Source of the DNA: Pseudomonadota bacterium
GTDB taxonomy: Bacteria > Pseudomonadota > Gammaproteobacteria > Pseudomonadales > Halieaceae
Assembly: GCA_039178015.1 (NCBI GenBank)
Contig: JBCDFM010000003.1
Location: 475-64,474 of the forward strand
Length of the DNA: 64,000 nucleotides
Direction of reading: 5' to 3'
The notes under the pieces are model-generated. The model did not search any database and was not told the DNA's origin. It saw nothing but the letters and a program-made list of their open reading frames with translations. Below, piece by piece: positions 48,125 through 59,065 of the stretch (position 1 is the stretch's first letter; every line of letters starts with the position of its first letter). A program made the translations under genes and the position numbers.

Positions 48125-48604
48125 GTGCAAAAAGCAGACAACCCAAATCAACAATTCGCCGCCGTCGAAGATCTGCTGACGCGCTGGCTGCGCGAACGGC
48201 GTAAATTGCTCAGTCAATACACTCAAATAGCGGTGGCCGTTGATACGCCCCTCGCGCCATCGACACTGATGAATTACCAGAAAGCGCTTTGTGGCTTACT
48301 CGTCGATTACGTTTCCGCAGGACATTTTGAGGTATTCAATCAGCTCCTGAACGAAGCGGAAACGTTTGCCGATGGCAGCGGCGAGATCGCAAAAGCAGTC
48401 ATCCCCGCTATCGGAGATACCACCGAAGTCATCCTCGCCTATGAAGAAAAGTATGGACGAGGCGACGACTATCCCGAGACAATCCAACGAGACCTCTCAT
48501 CACTAGGAGAGGTGCTGGAGTCACGCTTTGTGCTCGAAGATAAACTTATTGCAGGATTGCACTATATTCATCGACACCTGGTAACGACCCAGGTGTCAAA
48601 GTAG
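48125..48604 (+). CDS. rsd: Rsd/AlgQ-family regulator of sigma-70
   Basis: LLTRWLRERRKLL and LVDYVSAGHFEVF are Rsd/AlgQ signatures. GTG 48125 behind AAGGAAG gives the family-typical ~159 aa. The track ORF starts at 48089. Confidence 0.75.
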   Translation: MQKADNPNQQFAAVEDLLTRWLRERRKLLSQYTQIAVAVDTPLAPSTLMNYQKALCGLLVDYVSAGHFEVFNQLLNEAETFADGSGEIAKAVIPAIGDTTEVILAYEEKYGRGDDYPETIQRDLSSLGEVLESRFVLEDKLIAGLHYIHRHLVTTQVSK

Positions 48605-48622
48605 CGCGTGAAAGAGCCCGCC

Positions 48623-49387
48623 TTACTCAGCAGGCTCTGCAGCTTCAGTTTGACTCGGAATAGACACCAACTCCACATCAAAAAGTAGTGCGGCGTTAGG
48701 TCCGATCACTCCACCCGCACCACCGGCGCCATAGCCCAGCTCTGGCGGTATGGCCAGTTTGTAAGTAGACCCCACGGGCATCAGCTGCAGCGCTTCTGTC
48801 CAACCGGGAATGACCTGACTGACGCCAAATGTGACCGTCTCACCGCGATTGTATGAGGAGTCAAACTCGGTACCGTCAAGCAGCGTTCCTCTATAGTGCA
48901 CTTCTACGGTATCGTCCGGGCCCGGGATCGGGCCATCGCCTGCCTCGACCACTTCATACTGCAAGCCGCTATCAGTAACGGTTACACCTTCGCGCGCGGC
49001 ATTTTCAGCCAGGAAGGCGGTCGCCGCTTCCTGGTTAGTCACGGCAACCGCGGCCTGTGCCGCTTGTTGTTCAGCCATAGCTTCCTCCTGGTAGGCCTGC
49101 ATTTCACTCTGAATCTGCTCCTGGCTCAGTTTTGGCTCGGCACCCGTAAGCGAATCCCGGAGCCCTTCTGTAAAAGCATCCACGTCCATGGGCACGTTAT
49201 CTGCAGCCATGCGCTGACCCAGGGTGTACGCGATACCGTAGCTCAGACGCTGTTCCCGTGTCTCCAGCTGAACGGTCGCAGGTTCTGCACTTTCGGTTGC
49301 TACTGCCGGTGCTGGGGCAGATTGTTGATTACAGGCTTGCAAGGCGAGGGCGCCAACCATAGCAAGCGGCAATGCATACGTCTTCAT
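48623..49387 (-). CDS. FKBP-type peptidyl-prolyl cis-trans isomerase, lipoprotein
   Basis: The C-terminal FKBP domain has VHYRGTLLDGTEFDSS and IPGWTEALQLMPVGS. The lipobox is LALQAC. The start is placed at ATG 49387 (MKTYALPL). Confidence 0.88.
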   Translation of the reverse strand: MKTYALPLAMVGALALQACNQQSAPAPAVATESAEPATVQLETREQRLSYGIAYTLGQRMAADNVPMDVDAFTEGLRDSLTGAEPKLSQEQIQSEMQAYQEEAMAEQQAAQAAVAVTNQEAATAFLAENAAREGVTVTDSGLQYEVVEAGDGPIPGPDDTVEVHYRGTLLDGTEFDSSYNRGETVTFGVSQVIPGWTEALQLMPVGSTYKLAIPPELGYGAGGAGGVIGPNAALLFDVELVSIPSQTEAAEPAE

Positions 49388-49638
49388 AATTACCTTCCAA
49401 TAGTATGAGTAGGGGAAATTCGCGATTATACGGCTTGGAATGAGCTCCACTCCCCGAGAAATGGACACTCAACACCGTTACGGCAGTGTTTCAGAGCACC
49501 CTAGGACAACACGCAGGGTGCTTAAGTTTCGCGATGGCGGCGTATATTACTACTGCACTCTGACTGGCGCCACCCCGGTACCAGATAACAAATACTAAGT
49601 GGTCGAGAGTACCCTCCGGGGTTAAAATCCGCCGCCTT

Positions 49639-51558
49639 ATGATCATTTTGCGTAAACTTGGTCTGCGCCGTGGCAGCAAACTGCTATTGCAGGGTGCAGA
49701 GGTAACGATTCAGCCGGGTCAAAGACTGGCACTGATCGGTGCCAATGGCAGCGGCAAAAGTAGTCTACTCTCTCTGCTTATGGGCGAGCTGAGCGCCGAT
49801 ACCGGCGAGATCGAAGGTCTCGCAACGCTGCGTCTTGCCCATATGGCACAGGAAGTACACGCTTCCTCTCTACCGGCGCTGGAATTCGTCTGGCGCGGCG
49901 ATCGCGAACTGGCCGGGCTGCGAGATACACTTCAGAATCTGGAGGCTCTAGGCGAATTTGAAGAGGCCGCAGCGATTCATGGCAAATTGGCCGACCTGGA
50001 CGGCTACAGTGCTGAACGCCGCTCCCAGCGACTGTTATTAGGTTTAGGATTTTCCGAGCCTGATACGCACCGAGCGGTCGACAGCTTTTCTGGAGGTTGG
50101 CGCATAAGACTGAACCTAGCAAGAGCGCTGATGACGCCCTCAGATGTGCTGCTGCTAGATGAGCCGACCAATCATCTAGACTTGGATGCCACACTTTGGC
50201 TGCAACAGTGGCTACTGCAGTACCCAGGAACGTTGTTGATGATTTCCCACGATCGGGATTTTATCGACGCCACCTGTGAACGGGTACTCCATCTCGAGCA
50301 CCAACAGCTTTACAGCTATAAGGGCAATTATTCCGAGTTCGAGCGCCTACGCGCCCTCAGGCTACGCGATCAACAGGCTAGCTATGAAAAGCAGCAGCGC
50401 CGCATTGCCGAAATCGATAGCTTTGTAAGGCGCTTCCGCTACAAGGCGAGCAAGGCGCGTCAGGCACAGAGCCGATTGAAGGAACTGGAGCGCATGCAAG
50501 ATCTTGTACCCGCCCATGTTGACTCGCCCTTCGACTTCACTTTCTCCAGTCCCGAGCGTAGCTCAGACCCCTTGATACGACTGGATAATGCCGACATCGG
50601 ATATCGCAACACTGCCGTGTTGCGGCAAGTCGAAGTTCAGCTTCGACCCGGAAGCCGCGTGGGACTGCTGGGCAGAAACGGTGCAGGTAAATCGACCTTA
50701 TTAAAAAGCCTTGTTGGAGATCTCGAACTCATATCAGGCGATCGTGTCTGCGGTGAACACAGTCACGTCGGTTACTTCAATCAGCAACAGCTAGAGGCTT
50801 TGGACTTGAAGGCTAGCGCATTCCTGCATATCCAGCGCTTAAATCACGAGGCACGCGAGCAAGACATTTTAAATTTTCTGGGTGGCTTCAATTTTCGTGG
50901 TGACAACGCAAAATGTCCGATAGCACCATTTTCTGGCGGCGAAAAAGCTCGACTGGCGCTAGCGATGCTGGTGTGGCAGAGGCCTAACTTGCTGGTTCTG
51001 GATGAACCTACTAACCATCTTGATCTCGATATGCGACACGCGCTAGAAATCGCTTTGCAGACTTACGAGGGTGCTCTCATCATCGTTAGCCACGATCGCC
51101 ATCTGCTGCGCAACACCGTCGATGAACTGTTGCTGGTTCACAACGGCAGGGTCGATATCTACGACAAGGATCTCAATGCCTATGAACGCTGGGTACTCTC
51201 TAATTTCAAACAGGCGGAGCAAGCCAAAACGAACAATATCCCCGACGAGTCACGCAAGGAGAAACGACAGCGCTCAGCTGCACAGAGGGATCGGATCAGA
51301 CCGCTTCAGCAAAAGCTTCTTGAGCTGGAAAAGGCAATATCTGAGACTGAGACCGCACGCACTGTTCTGCAGCAACGGCTCTCGAATTCAGAGGTGTATT
51401 TACAAGAACACAAAAGCGAGCTTTCCCAACTCATGCGCCAAGAGGGAGAACTCAACCAGCGTATTAGTCTTTTGGAAGAACAGTGGTTGGAACAACAGAC
51501 AGCGCTCGATGCCATCAGCGCAGAAGCGACAAACGATGATCTAGATGTCTCAGTCTAG
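49639..51558 (+). CDS. ABC-F family ATPase (YheS-like)
   Basis: 639 aa with two ABC cassettes (GANGSGKSS, GRNGAGKST; LSGG signatures FSGGWR/FSGGEK), no TM domain and a C-terminal coiled coil. Confidence 0.9.
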   Translation: MIILRKLGLRRGSKLLLQGAEVTIQPGQRLALIGANGSGKSSLLSLLMGELSADTGEIEGLATLRLAHMAQEVHASSLPALEFVWRGDRELAGLRDTLQNLEALGEFEEAAAIHGKLADLDGYSAERRSQRLLLGLGFSEPDTHRAVDSFSGGWRIRLNLARALMTPSDVLLLDEPTNHLDLDATLWLQQWLLQYPGTLLMISHDRDFIDATCERVLHLEHQQLYSYKGNYSEFERLRALRLRDQQASYEKQQRRIAEIDSFVRRFRYKASKARQAQSRLKELERMQDLVPAHVDSPFDFTFSSPERSSDPLIRLDNADIGYRNTAVLRQVEVQLRPGSRVGLLGRNGAGKSTLLKSLVGDLELISGDRVCGEHSHVGYFNQQQLEALDLKASAFLHIQRLNHEAREQDILNFLGGFNFRGDNAKCPIAPFSGGEKARLALAMLVWQRPNLLVLDEPTNHLDLDMRHALEIALQTYEGALIIVSHDRHLLRNTVDELLLVHNGRVDIYDKDLNAYERWVLSNFKQAEQAKTNNIPDESRKEKRQRSAAQRDRIRPLQQKLLELEKAISETETARTVLQQRLSNSEVYLQEHKSELSQLMRQEGELNQRISLLEEQWLEQQTALDAISAEATNDDLDVSV

Positions 51559-51819
51559 TAGTTGATTCGCCAGTCTGAGCTTTTCTCTTCTCGTTAGTTT
51601 CTTGATCTCGGCCTCGCGTTGCTGAGCGCTGCTTCTATCGGCTGCAGCGGCGTGCCATCGTAGTTTCACAGGGCGGCGACCGCGAGTATAGCGTGGGCCA
51701 CCTGCCAGATCACCGTTATGCTGCAATATCCGCCGTTCCAGATCGCGCGCCACACCCGTATAGAGGCTGCCATCGGCGCACTCCAGGATGTAAACCTGCC
51801 AATTTTCGGTCATCGACAA
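51550..51819 (-). CDS. GIY-YIG nuclease-family protein (YhbQ-like)
   Basis: 89 aa with the VYILECADGSLYTGVARDLERRILQH pattern. Confidence 0.8.
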   Translation of the reverse strand: MSMTENWQVYILECADGSLYTGVARDLERRILQHNGDLAGGPRYTRGRRPVKLRWHAAAADRSSAQQREAEIKKLTRREKLRLANQLLD

Positions 51820-51845
51820 CCAGCAGTTAAGTGCGCCAGCCCGAC

Positions 51846-53981
51846 TTAGGTCCGCGCCCAGCTATGATAGCGCTCAACCCAAGACAATAAACGCTCGGGC
51901 TTGCGCGCCTTGCGCCACTCACTGGCTAGAAATTTATTACTCTCTCCCAGCGTTGGGTACACATGAATCGTGGCTAGAATTTTGTTCAAGCCAATGCCAT
52001 GCTTCATAGCCAATACAAACTCGGCAAGTAGTTCGGCCGCATGATAACCCACTATGGTCGCCCCCAAAATGCGATCTTTGCCAGGCGCCGTCAGCACTTT
52101 CACAAAACCATGTGCCTCGCCGTCAGCAATCGCGCGATCAAGATCGTCAATGCCATAGCGGGTGACCTCGTAAGCGATACCCTGCTCTTTCGCTTCCAGT
52201 TCATTTAAGCCGACGCGCGCTACTTCCGGATCAGTGAAAGTCGCCCAGGGCACAATGGAGTAGTCGACTTTAAACTTGCGGAAGCGCCCGAACAAAGCGT
52301 TGACGGTCGCAAACCAGGCTTGATGGCTAGCCATGTGTGTAAACTGATAAGGACCGGCAATATCACCACAGGCCAATATGGTGGGAACAGAGGTGCGCAG
52401 GTACTCATCAACCTCAATGGTACCCTTCGGAGAAACCCCAATACCCAGTTCTTCCAAACCCAGATTTTCTATATTGGGCTGACGCCCAACCGCCAACAGG
52501 ACGCGATCGAAAGTCAGTTTTGTTTCGCCTTCTGGCGTCGCGAACACAGCGTGCTGGCCCTCACTATCGCGACCAAAGGACTGCGCCTCGTAGTGGGTGT
52601 GGACAGTCATGCCTTGCGCCACCATCTCGTCCTGCACCAAGGCAGACACCTCCGTATCTTCTCGAGGCTGGATGCGATCTGCATGGGTGACCAGACTGAC
52701 CTCACTACCCAAACGCGCCATGGCCTGAGCGAGTTCGCAACCGATCGGGCCAGCTCCTAGCACTAGCAGCCTTTTAGGTAAATCGCGAATTTCCCAAACC
52801 GTATCAGACGTTAGATAGTCGAGCGCTTGCAGACCAGGAATGTCAGGTACTCGAGGACGAGCTCCACTGGCAATTACAATATTGCGGGTGGTAATTCTCT
52901 TGCCATCCACATCCACTTCCCAGGGTGAAACTATACGCGCATTACCCTGTACACAATCCACGCCCAGCGAGGTGAAGCGCTCAACGGAATCGTGGGGTTC
53001 GATGGTTTTTATCACGGACTGCACGCGCTCCATGACGGCTGGAAAATTGACCTGCACATCCATGGGTGCTAACCCAAAGTCTTCCGCTCGACGGGCGTAC
53101 TGAGCGACTCGCGCGGAACGGATAATGGCTTTGCTGGGAACACAGCCGGTATTGAGGCAATCCCCACCCATTTTGTGTCGCTCAACCAGGGTCACTTTGG
53201 CCTTGACAGTCGCCGCAATGAGGGCCGCAACCAGCCCAGCCGAGCCCGCACCAATAACGACCATATTGGTATCGAAACTTTCCGGTTCTTGATAGCTGGA
53301 GAGCACCCTGCGCGACTGCAGGTAACCCAATACCCACTTCGCCACCAGCGGAAAGATGCCCAACAGCACAAAAGACACGAACAAACCGGGCGACAGAATA
53401 TCGCCTGCTGATTCCACACTTCCCAGCTGGGTACCCGCGTTAACGTAAACTGCAGTAGCAGGCAACATACCCAGCTGTGATACCCAGTAAAAACGCGAGG
53501 CCTTGATGGGAAGCAAACCCATCAATAGGTTAATAACAAAGAAAGGGAATAAAGGAACCAGGCGCAGGGAGAACAGATAAAACGCACCGTCTTTCTCAAA
53601 GCCCGCGTTAAACGCGCTCAGCTGTCGGCCAAACTTATCCTGCACCCAGTCGCGCAACAGCAGTCGAGATACTAAAAACGCGAGCGTAGCCCCTACGCTG
53701 CTGGCAAATGAGACCAGAAAGAGTCCATACCAGAAGCCAAACAGCGCGCCCCCTGCGAGAGTCATGATTGCCGCGCCGGGCAGCGACAGGCCAGCCATTG
53801 CGACGTAGAGCACGAAATATAAAAAACCGGCCAACAGCGGGTTCTCGTTATACCAGGCTCTCAGATCGCCAATGCTATCCTTTAGTACATCAAGTTCCAG
53901 ATAGGTAATCAGGTCATATTGAATGAAGGCAAAGATCGCGATCGCAAAAATGGCAATAACAACTATCTTTTTGGAGGACAC
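51846..53981 (-). CDS. Fusion protein: DedA/TVP38 membrane domain + pyridine nucleotide-disulfide oxidoreductase (Lpd/MerA-like)
   Basis: 711 aa. The N-terminal ~230 aa are polytopic and DedA-like. Then come FAD-binding VVIGAGSAGL, the redox-active disulfide GGDCLNTGCVPSK, NAD-binding GAGPIGCE and a C-terminal dimerisation domain (HVYPTLGE). Confidence 0.85.
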   Translation of the reverse strand: MSSKKIVVIAIFAIAIFAFIQYDLITYLELDVLKDSIGDLRAWYNENPLLAGFLYFVLYVAMAGLSLPGAAIMTLAGGALFGFWYGLFLVSFASSVGATLAFLVSRLLLRDWVQDKFGRQLSAFNAGFEKDGAFYLFSLRLVPLFPFFVINLLMGLLPIKASRFYWVSQLGMLPATAVYVNAGTQLGSVESAGDILSPGLFVSFVLLGIFPLVAKWVLGYLQSRRVLSSYQEPESFDTNMVVIGAGSAGLVAALIAATVKAKVTLVERHKMGGDCLNTGCVPSKAIIRSARVAQYARRAEDFGLAPMDVQVNFPAVMERVQSVIKTIEPHDSVERFTSLGVDCVQGNARIVSPWEVDVDGKRITTRNIVIASGARPRVPDIPGLQALDYLTSDTVWEIRDLPKRLLVLGAGPIGCELAQAMARLGSEVSLVTHADRIQPREDTEVSALVQDEMVAQGMTVHTHYEAQSFGRDSEGQHAVFATPEGETKLTFDRVLLAVGRQPNIENLGLEELGIGVSPKGTIEVDEYLRTSVPTILACGDIAGPYQFTHMASHQAWFATVNALFGRFRKFKVDYSIVPWATFTDPEVARVGLNELEAKEQGIAYEVTRYGIDDLDRAIADGEAHGFVKVLTAPGKDRILGATIVGYHAAELLAEFVLAMKHGIGLNKILATIHVYPTLGESNKFLASEWRKARKPERLLSWVERYHSWART

Positions 53982-54283
53982 TTTCGAATTCCCTTTTCTT
54001 TTGTGATTGTTTATTTGTTAATCTCGACGAGACTACTCCCAAAGCCCTACACTGACCACTATTACCTTTTACAGGATACAACCCTGGTATATTGCGTCTC
54101 GTCAGACACTCCTGTGACACCTTGTCTCGTCATATGTTCGCCCCAACAGCGAAATGGGTTATATCGAGTAGCAATATAAGCATTACCAAATACTCTACCG
54201 GCGCAGTTGCCCGTTGAAGTTCCAGTGGTATGATTCTGTGCTGGATCGTGAACATGATGTTCAGCGATGAATCGGAGATAGAG

Positions 54284-54610
54284 ATGAGCGAACAAATCGT
54301 ACACGTAAGCGACGACACTTTTGACGCTGAGGTGCTTAATTCCGACATTCCGGTACTGGTGGATTTCTGGGCCGAGTGGTGTGGGCCCTGCAAGATGATC
54401 GCACCTGTACTTGAAGAAGTGGCATCGGAATATGATGGCAAGCTGAAAGTGTGCAAGGTCGACGTGGACGCCAATCCCGACATTCCACCGAAATTCGGTA
54501 TTCGCGGCATCCCGACACTGATCATGTTCAAAGGCGGCAATGCAGAGGCCACAAAAGTGGGTGCTCTTTCGAAGACGCAACTCGAGGCGTTTATTCAGGA
54601 AGTTGTCTGA
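54284..54610 (+). CDS. trxA: Thioredoxin 1
   Basis: 108 aa with the WCGPC active site. [18 protein letters not shown] is near-identical to the canonical TrxA motif. The start is placed at ATG 54284. Confidence 0.96.
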   Translation: MSEQIVHVSDDTFDAEVLNSDIPVLVDFWAEWCGPCKMIAPVLEEVASEYDGKLKVCKVDVDANPDIPPKFGIRGIPTLIMFKGGNAEATKVGALSKTQLEAFIQEVV

Positions 54611-54847
54611 CCGCAGCCAGGAAATTCAAATCCTGGCCAAAACCACCCAGGAATAGTTAACTAAACGCCAAAAAAGCGGTAGACGACACCTGCCGAGCGT
54701 GCTACCTTCTAACTCGAAGCACATCCCCGTGCCTCAATAATAAGCCATCACCCAACTAACACAGCACCGTGCACTGGCGCCGCCAGTTCGTATTCAACCG
54801 TATAAAACCGTCCGACCTCTTCTACAACTAAACCGCATTTCTGCTCT

Positions 54848-56116
54848 ATGAATCTTACCGACCTGAAAACAAAATCTACCCAGAACCTCATTGATATCGC
54901 GAAGGAGATGGGGCTCGACAACATGGCGCGCTCCCGCAAACAGGATATTATTTTTGCGATTCTCAAGCGCCACGCCAAGAGCGGAGAAGACATATCCGGT
55001 GATGGTGTCTTGGAAATTCTACAGGACGGTTTTGGCTTCCTGCGCTCCGCCGACAGTTCCTATCTTGCTGGACCTGACGACATTTACGTCTCTCCCAGTC
55101 AGATACGACGCTTCAACCTGCGCACCGGCGACTCAATTTCAGGCAAAATTCGTCCACCCAAGGACAGCGAACGCTATTTCGCGCTGCTCAAAGTGGGCGA
55201 AATTAACTTCAACAAACCTGAGAACTCCAAGCACAAGATACTGTTCGAGAACCTCACCCCGCTGTTCCCTGATCAGCGTCTGACACTGGAAACGGGCAAT
55301 GGCAGCACAGAGGATCTCACCGGACGCATCATAGATCTGGTCGCACCCCTGGGTAAGGGTGTCCGGGGCCTGCTCGTCGCGCCACCGAAAGCCGGTAAGA
55401 CCATTATGATGCAGAACATTGCTCAGGCAGTTATCACGAACAATCCGGAATGCTACATCATCGTTTTGTTGATTGATGAGCGTCCGGAAGAGGTAACCGA
55501 AATGCAGCGCTCCGTTGGGGTTCGGGGCGCTGAGGTTGTCGCGTCGACTTTTGACGAACCGCCCTCCCGGCATGTTCAGGTCGCGGATATGGTTATAGAA
55601 AAAGCAAAGCGCCTGGTGGAGCACAAAAGAGATGTCATCATCCTGCTGGACTCAATTACGCGTTTAGCGAGAGCCTTCAACACCGTTATCCCGAGCTCTG
55701 GCAAAGTCCTTACCGGTGGCGTAGACGCCCACGCTCTTGAACGGCCCAAGCGTTTCTTTGGCGCCGCACGAAATATTGAGGAAGGTGGAAGTCTCTCAAT
55801 TATCGCTACTGCACTGGTCGATACGGGCTCCAAAATGGATGAGGTGATTTACGAGGAGTTCAAAGGAACAGGCAACATGGAGCTACACCTGGATCGTAAG
55901 GTAGCCGAAAAGCGCGTATACCCCGCAATCAATATCCGGCGCTCTGGCACTCGACGTGAGGAGCTGCTCACCGCAGAAGATGAACTGCAGCGCATGTGGA
56001 TCCTGCGTAAACTGCTCCACGGCATGGAAGATCTTGCCGCTATCGAATTTTTGTCCGACAAGCTGAAAGACACAAAAACGAACGACGAATTCTTCAAATC
56101 CATGAAGCGCAAGTAA
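54848..56116 (+). CDS. rho: Transcription termination factor Rho
   Basis: 422 aa with the N-terminal MNLTDLK...L...A motif, the RNP1-like GFGFLR, Walker A PPKAGKT, and Q and R loops. Confidence 0.98.
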   Translation: MNLTDLKTKSTQNLIDIAKEMGLDNMARSRKQDIIFAILKRHAKSGEDISGDGVLEILQDGFGFLRSADSSYLAGPDDIYVSPSQIRRFNLRTGDSISGKIRPPKDSERYFALLKVGEINFNKPENSKHKILFENLTPLFPDQRLTLETGNGSTEDLTGRIIDLVAPLGKGVRGLLVAPPKAGKTIMMQNIAQAVITNNPECYIIVLLIDERPEEVTEMQRSVGVRGAEVVASTFDEPPSRHVQVADMVIEKAKRLVEHKRDVIILLDSITRLARAFNTVIPSSGKVLTGGVDAHALERPKRFFGAARNIEEGGSLSIIATALVDTGSKMDEVIYEEFKGTGNMELHLDRKVAEKRVYPAINIRRSGTRREELLTAEDELQRMWILRKLLHGMEDLAAIEFLSDKLKDTKTNDEFFKSMKRK

Positions 56117-56186
56117 CGGTCTTCTCTAAGGGATGCACGCGATTGCATGCCCAGACCTCGGCGTGTACTGTCGCTAGCAAAACAGT

Positions 56187-57695
56187 TTGAATAACGGACG
56201 CGCAACTGCGGTGAAATATGCGGACTTAAGGGAGTTTATCGCTGTACTTGAACAGCGCGGTGAACTCGTACGAATCCAAACCGAGATCGACCCGGTGTTG
56301 GAGATGACCGAGATTGCCGATCGTACGCTGCGCCAACAGGGGCCCGCCCTTCTTTTCGAAAACCCAAAAGGCTTCTCTACACCGGTTCTGGTCAATCTCT
56401 TTGGTACAGAGCAGCGCGTAGCTCTAGGCATGGGCGAAGAAAAAATTTCCGCGCTGCGCGAGCTAGGCGAACTCTTGGCCTTTTTACGACAACCTGACCC
56501 TCCAAAAAATCTGCGCGATGCAATTGATAAAGCGCCAGTACTCAAACAGGTGCTGAATATGGGGCCAAAGATGGTGCGCAACCCGGCTTGTCAGTATCAC
56601 GTCGTCGAAGGCGACGATGTTGATCTGTACAAACTGCCCATTCAGACCTGTTGGCCGGGGGATGCAGGGCCGCTGGTGACCTGGCCACTGGTCATTACTC
56701 GAGGCCCTGCAAAGGAGCGCCTCAATCTAGGTATCTATCGGATGCAGCTTATCGGTCGCAACAAACTCATAATGCGGTGGCTGTCTCACCGAGGCGGCGC
56801 TTTAGACTTTCGCGATTGGCAGCTCCAATTTCCGGGTAAACCCTATCCAATTGCACTCGCCCTGGGAGCAGACCCAGCTACTACGCTCGGCGCGGTGACT
56901 CCGGTACCGGACGGCATTTCAGAATACGCATTCGCAGGCTTGTTGCGGGGCGGAAAAACGCAGCTCGGGGAATGCTACACGTCACTCTGCCGAGAGCACG
57001 GTCTGACTATTCCAGCCACTGCCGAATTCATTCTGGAAGGCTACCTCGAACCGGGGGAGATGGCTGAAGAAGGACCCTTTGGAGACCATACCGGCTACTA
57101 CAATGAGGTCGAATCGTTCCCAGTGTTTACCGTTTCCGCGATAACGCACCGCGAATCACCTATTTACCACAGCACTTACACTGGCCGCCCCCCCGATGAA
57201 CCGGCGGTGCTCGGCGTGGCGCTAAATGAAGTGTTTGTGCCCCTATTGATTAAACAGTTTCCAGAGATTGTAGATTTTTATCTACCACCCGAGGGATGCT
57301 CCTATCGGGTGGCCGTTGTGACCATGCGCAAGGAGTACCCAGGGCACGCCAAGCGAGTCATGTTGGGTGTGTGGTCCTTCCTACGACAGTTTATGTACAC
57401 GAAGTTTATTATCGTCACCGATGATGATGTCAACGCTAGAGACTGGCAAGATGTCGTCTGGGCAATGACGACCCGTATGGACCCCAGGCGGGACAGCGTA
57501 TTCGTCGACAATACACCCATCGATTATCTGGACTTTGCATCACCCGTAGCCGGCCTTGGCTCAAAAGTTGGCTTCGATGCCACAAACAAGTGGCCGGGAG
57601 AGACAACACGCGAATGGGGCAAGCCCATTGCCATGGATGCGTCGGTCAAAGCGCGTATCGATGAACTATGGGATCAGCTGGGCATTGATCGCTAG
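56187..57695 (+). CDS. ubiD: 4-hydroxy-3-polyprenylbenzoate decarboxylase
   Basis: UbiD signature [21 protein letters not shown], about 490 aa. The start is ambiguous, TTG 56187 or GTG 56211. Confidence 0.93.
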   Translation: MNNGRATAVKYADLREFIAVLEQRGELVRIQTEIDPVLEMTEIADRTLRQQGPALLFENPKGFSTPVLVNLFGTEQRVALGMGEEKISALRELGELLAFLRQPDPPKNLRDAIDKAPVLKQVLNMGPKMVRNPACQYHVVEGDDVDLYKLPIQTCWPGDAGPLVTWPLVITRGPAKERLNLGIYRMQLIGRNKLIMRWLSHRGGALDFRDWQLQFPGKPYPIALALGADPATTLGAVTPVPDGISEYAFAGLLRGGKTQLGECYTSLCREHGLTIPATAEFILEGYLEPGEMAEEGPFGDHTGYYNEVESFPVFTVSAITHRESPIYHSTYTGRPPDEPAVLGVALNEVFVPLLIKQFPEIVDFYLPPEGCSYRVAVVTMRKEYPGHAKRVMLGVWSFLRQFMYTKFIIVTDDDVNARDWQDVVWAMTTRMDPRRDSVFVDNTPIDYLDFASPVAGLGSKVGFDATNKWPGETTREWGKPIAMDASVKARIDELWDQLGIDR

Positions 57696-57820
57696 ATTAG
57701 CTGCACTCTCATAGTAGATGTAGGTCTACCACGTCTTCTCCACTCTGGGCGAAATCTGAGCGTCAATAAAAATATGGTTACGCCTGAACTCGTCAGTCGG
57801 AACATCTGCCATTAAGTGAG

Positions 57821-59062
57821 CTACTTGCGTGCCAGCAACTGCGCCTGTGGCACCATTTTTTCGGGTTTGGGCAGAGCGGGAAGCTGACCTTCCTGCAACA
57901 AAAGACCCTCTCTGAAGTAAGCCGCCGCCACCGAATGGTCCCCAAGCGCGTCCAGCAAGCGGCCAAGTTCGGCACAATTCTCGGCAGTGCGATGAAGACG
58001 ATAACCCTGCTCAAGGTAGTCCCTGGATTTACCCCAGAGCTTATCACGCGCCGCTAACCGACCCAGGCAAAGCAATAGCTCCGGGTCTTCGGGATGGTCG
58101 GCTAACCAGGACTCCGCATGCCCCAGCTGTCTTCCTGCATCATCGCTCTCTACATAACCGTAGAGACGGACAAGGGCTGTATCCCAGCGATTCCTCAGTT
58201 CTTTCAGAATAACTTTTTCCGCTTGAGCATTGCCGCCCAGCGATACCAACAGCCCAGCAAACGCCTGAATCATATTGCTATCAGAGCGTATCGATGCGGG
58301 AATTTTATGCCAGGTCTCATTGACCTCATCGAGACTATTGCCCGCTTCGCGGAGCATGCGACCATACAGGTCGCGCTCCAGCGCAAGTCGCTCGTCGTTA
58401 GATATCAGCTGATGCTTTTTTAACTTCGGCAGCAACTGCGCCAAGCCATGGGCATCCCCTGATTCGATATAGGCTTTTTTCAGTAGGGACATTGCTCGTG
58501 GGTAGCGGCCAGGGTTGCGCTTCGCTTCTTCAAGTGACCTGACTGCTTGTCGGTAGGATCCCGCCTCTAGCTGGATTTCAGCTCTAGTCAAAGCCACCGC
58601 GGTTTTCGCGTCTTTGCTGGCATCTGCAGCAGCAAGCAGCTGCGCCTCTACCTGTTCCTGATCACCCAGATTTGCGCTAGCCCGCGCGCTTAATAGGTAA
58701 TTCACTAGAGGCGCTTCACTTTCGCTCGCACCGCGCATCAGCTCCTTACGCGATCGCTGCCAGTCACCCTCTATATAGTGGAGTAGACCTTGATTGGTCA
58801 GACGCATGGCTTTTTCATGTTGGCGGGAATGCATCCAGCCGCTAAACACCCTGTGGCTACCAAGCACCCGGCGCAGGAAGCCGATTAATAGATAAATCAC
58901 CCAAATCAGCACGAACAGCAGTACAAGTCCTATCCAGAGGCTGGTCTCCAACGTGTAACTACCATAGGTGACAAGCACATAGCCTGGATCAGTCTCGATA
59001 ATCGCGATGAGCCCGACGCCCATGAGCAGGGCGATTAACAGTAGTGCAAAGAGCTTGCGCAT
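57821..59062 (-). CDS. hemY: HemY-type TPR membrane protein (heme biosynthesis-associated)
   Basis: 413 aa with two N-terminal TM helices and TPR repeats. It lies downstream of hemCDX, as in Pseudomonas and enterics. Confidence 0.85.
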   Translation of the reverse strand: MRKLFALLLIALLMGVGLIAIIETDPGYVLVTYGSYTLETSLWIGLVLLFVLIWVIYLLIGFLRRVLGSHRVFSGWMHSRQHEKAMRLTNQGLLHYIEGDWQRSRKELMRGASESEAPLVNYLLSARASANLGDQEQVEAQLLAAADASKDAKTAVALTRAEIQLEAGSYRQAVRSLEEAKRNPGRYPRAMSLLKKAYIESGDAHGLAQLLPKLKKHQLISNDERLALERDLYGRMLREAGNSLDEVNETWHKIPASIRSDSNMIQAFAGLLVSLGGNAQAEKVILKELRNRWDTALVRLYGYVESDDAGRQLGHAESWLADHPEDPELLLCLGRLAARDKLWGKSRDYLEQGYRLHRTAENCAELGRLLDALGDHSVAAAYFREGLLLQEGQLPALPKPEKMVPQAQLLARK

Positions 59063-59065
59063 GGC

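Noticed and set aside
54062-54580. 172-aa and 140-aa minus-strand ORFs overlapping trxA
   Set aside because: TrxA on the plus strand is unambiguous (WCGPC). The antisense products have no motifs and an unnatural composition.
54611-54847. Hairpin after trxA (GCCAGGA-aattcaaa-TCCTGGC at ~54615-54637) and the C-rich rho leader
   Set aside because: The hairpin has no T-tract. A long C-rich leader upstream of rho is the known autoregulatory arrangement, so nothing here looks unusual.
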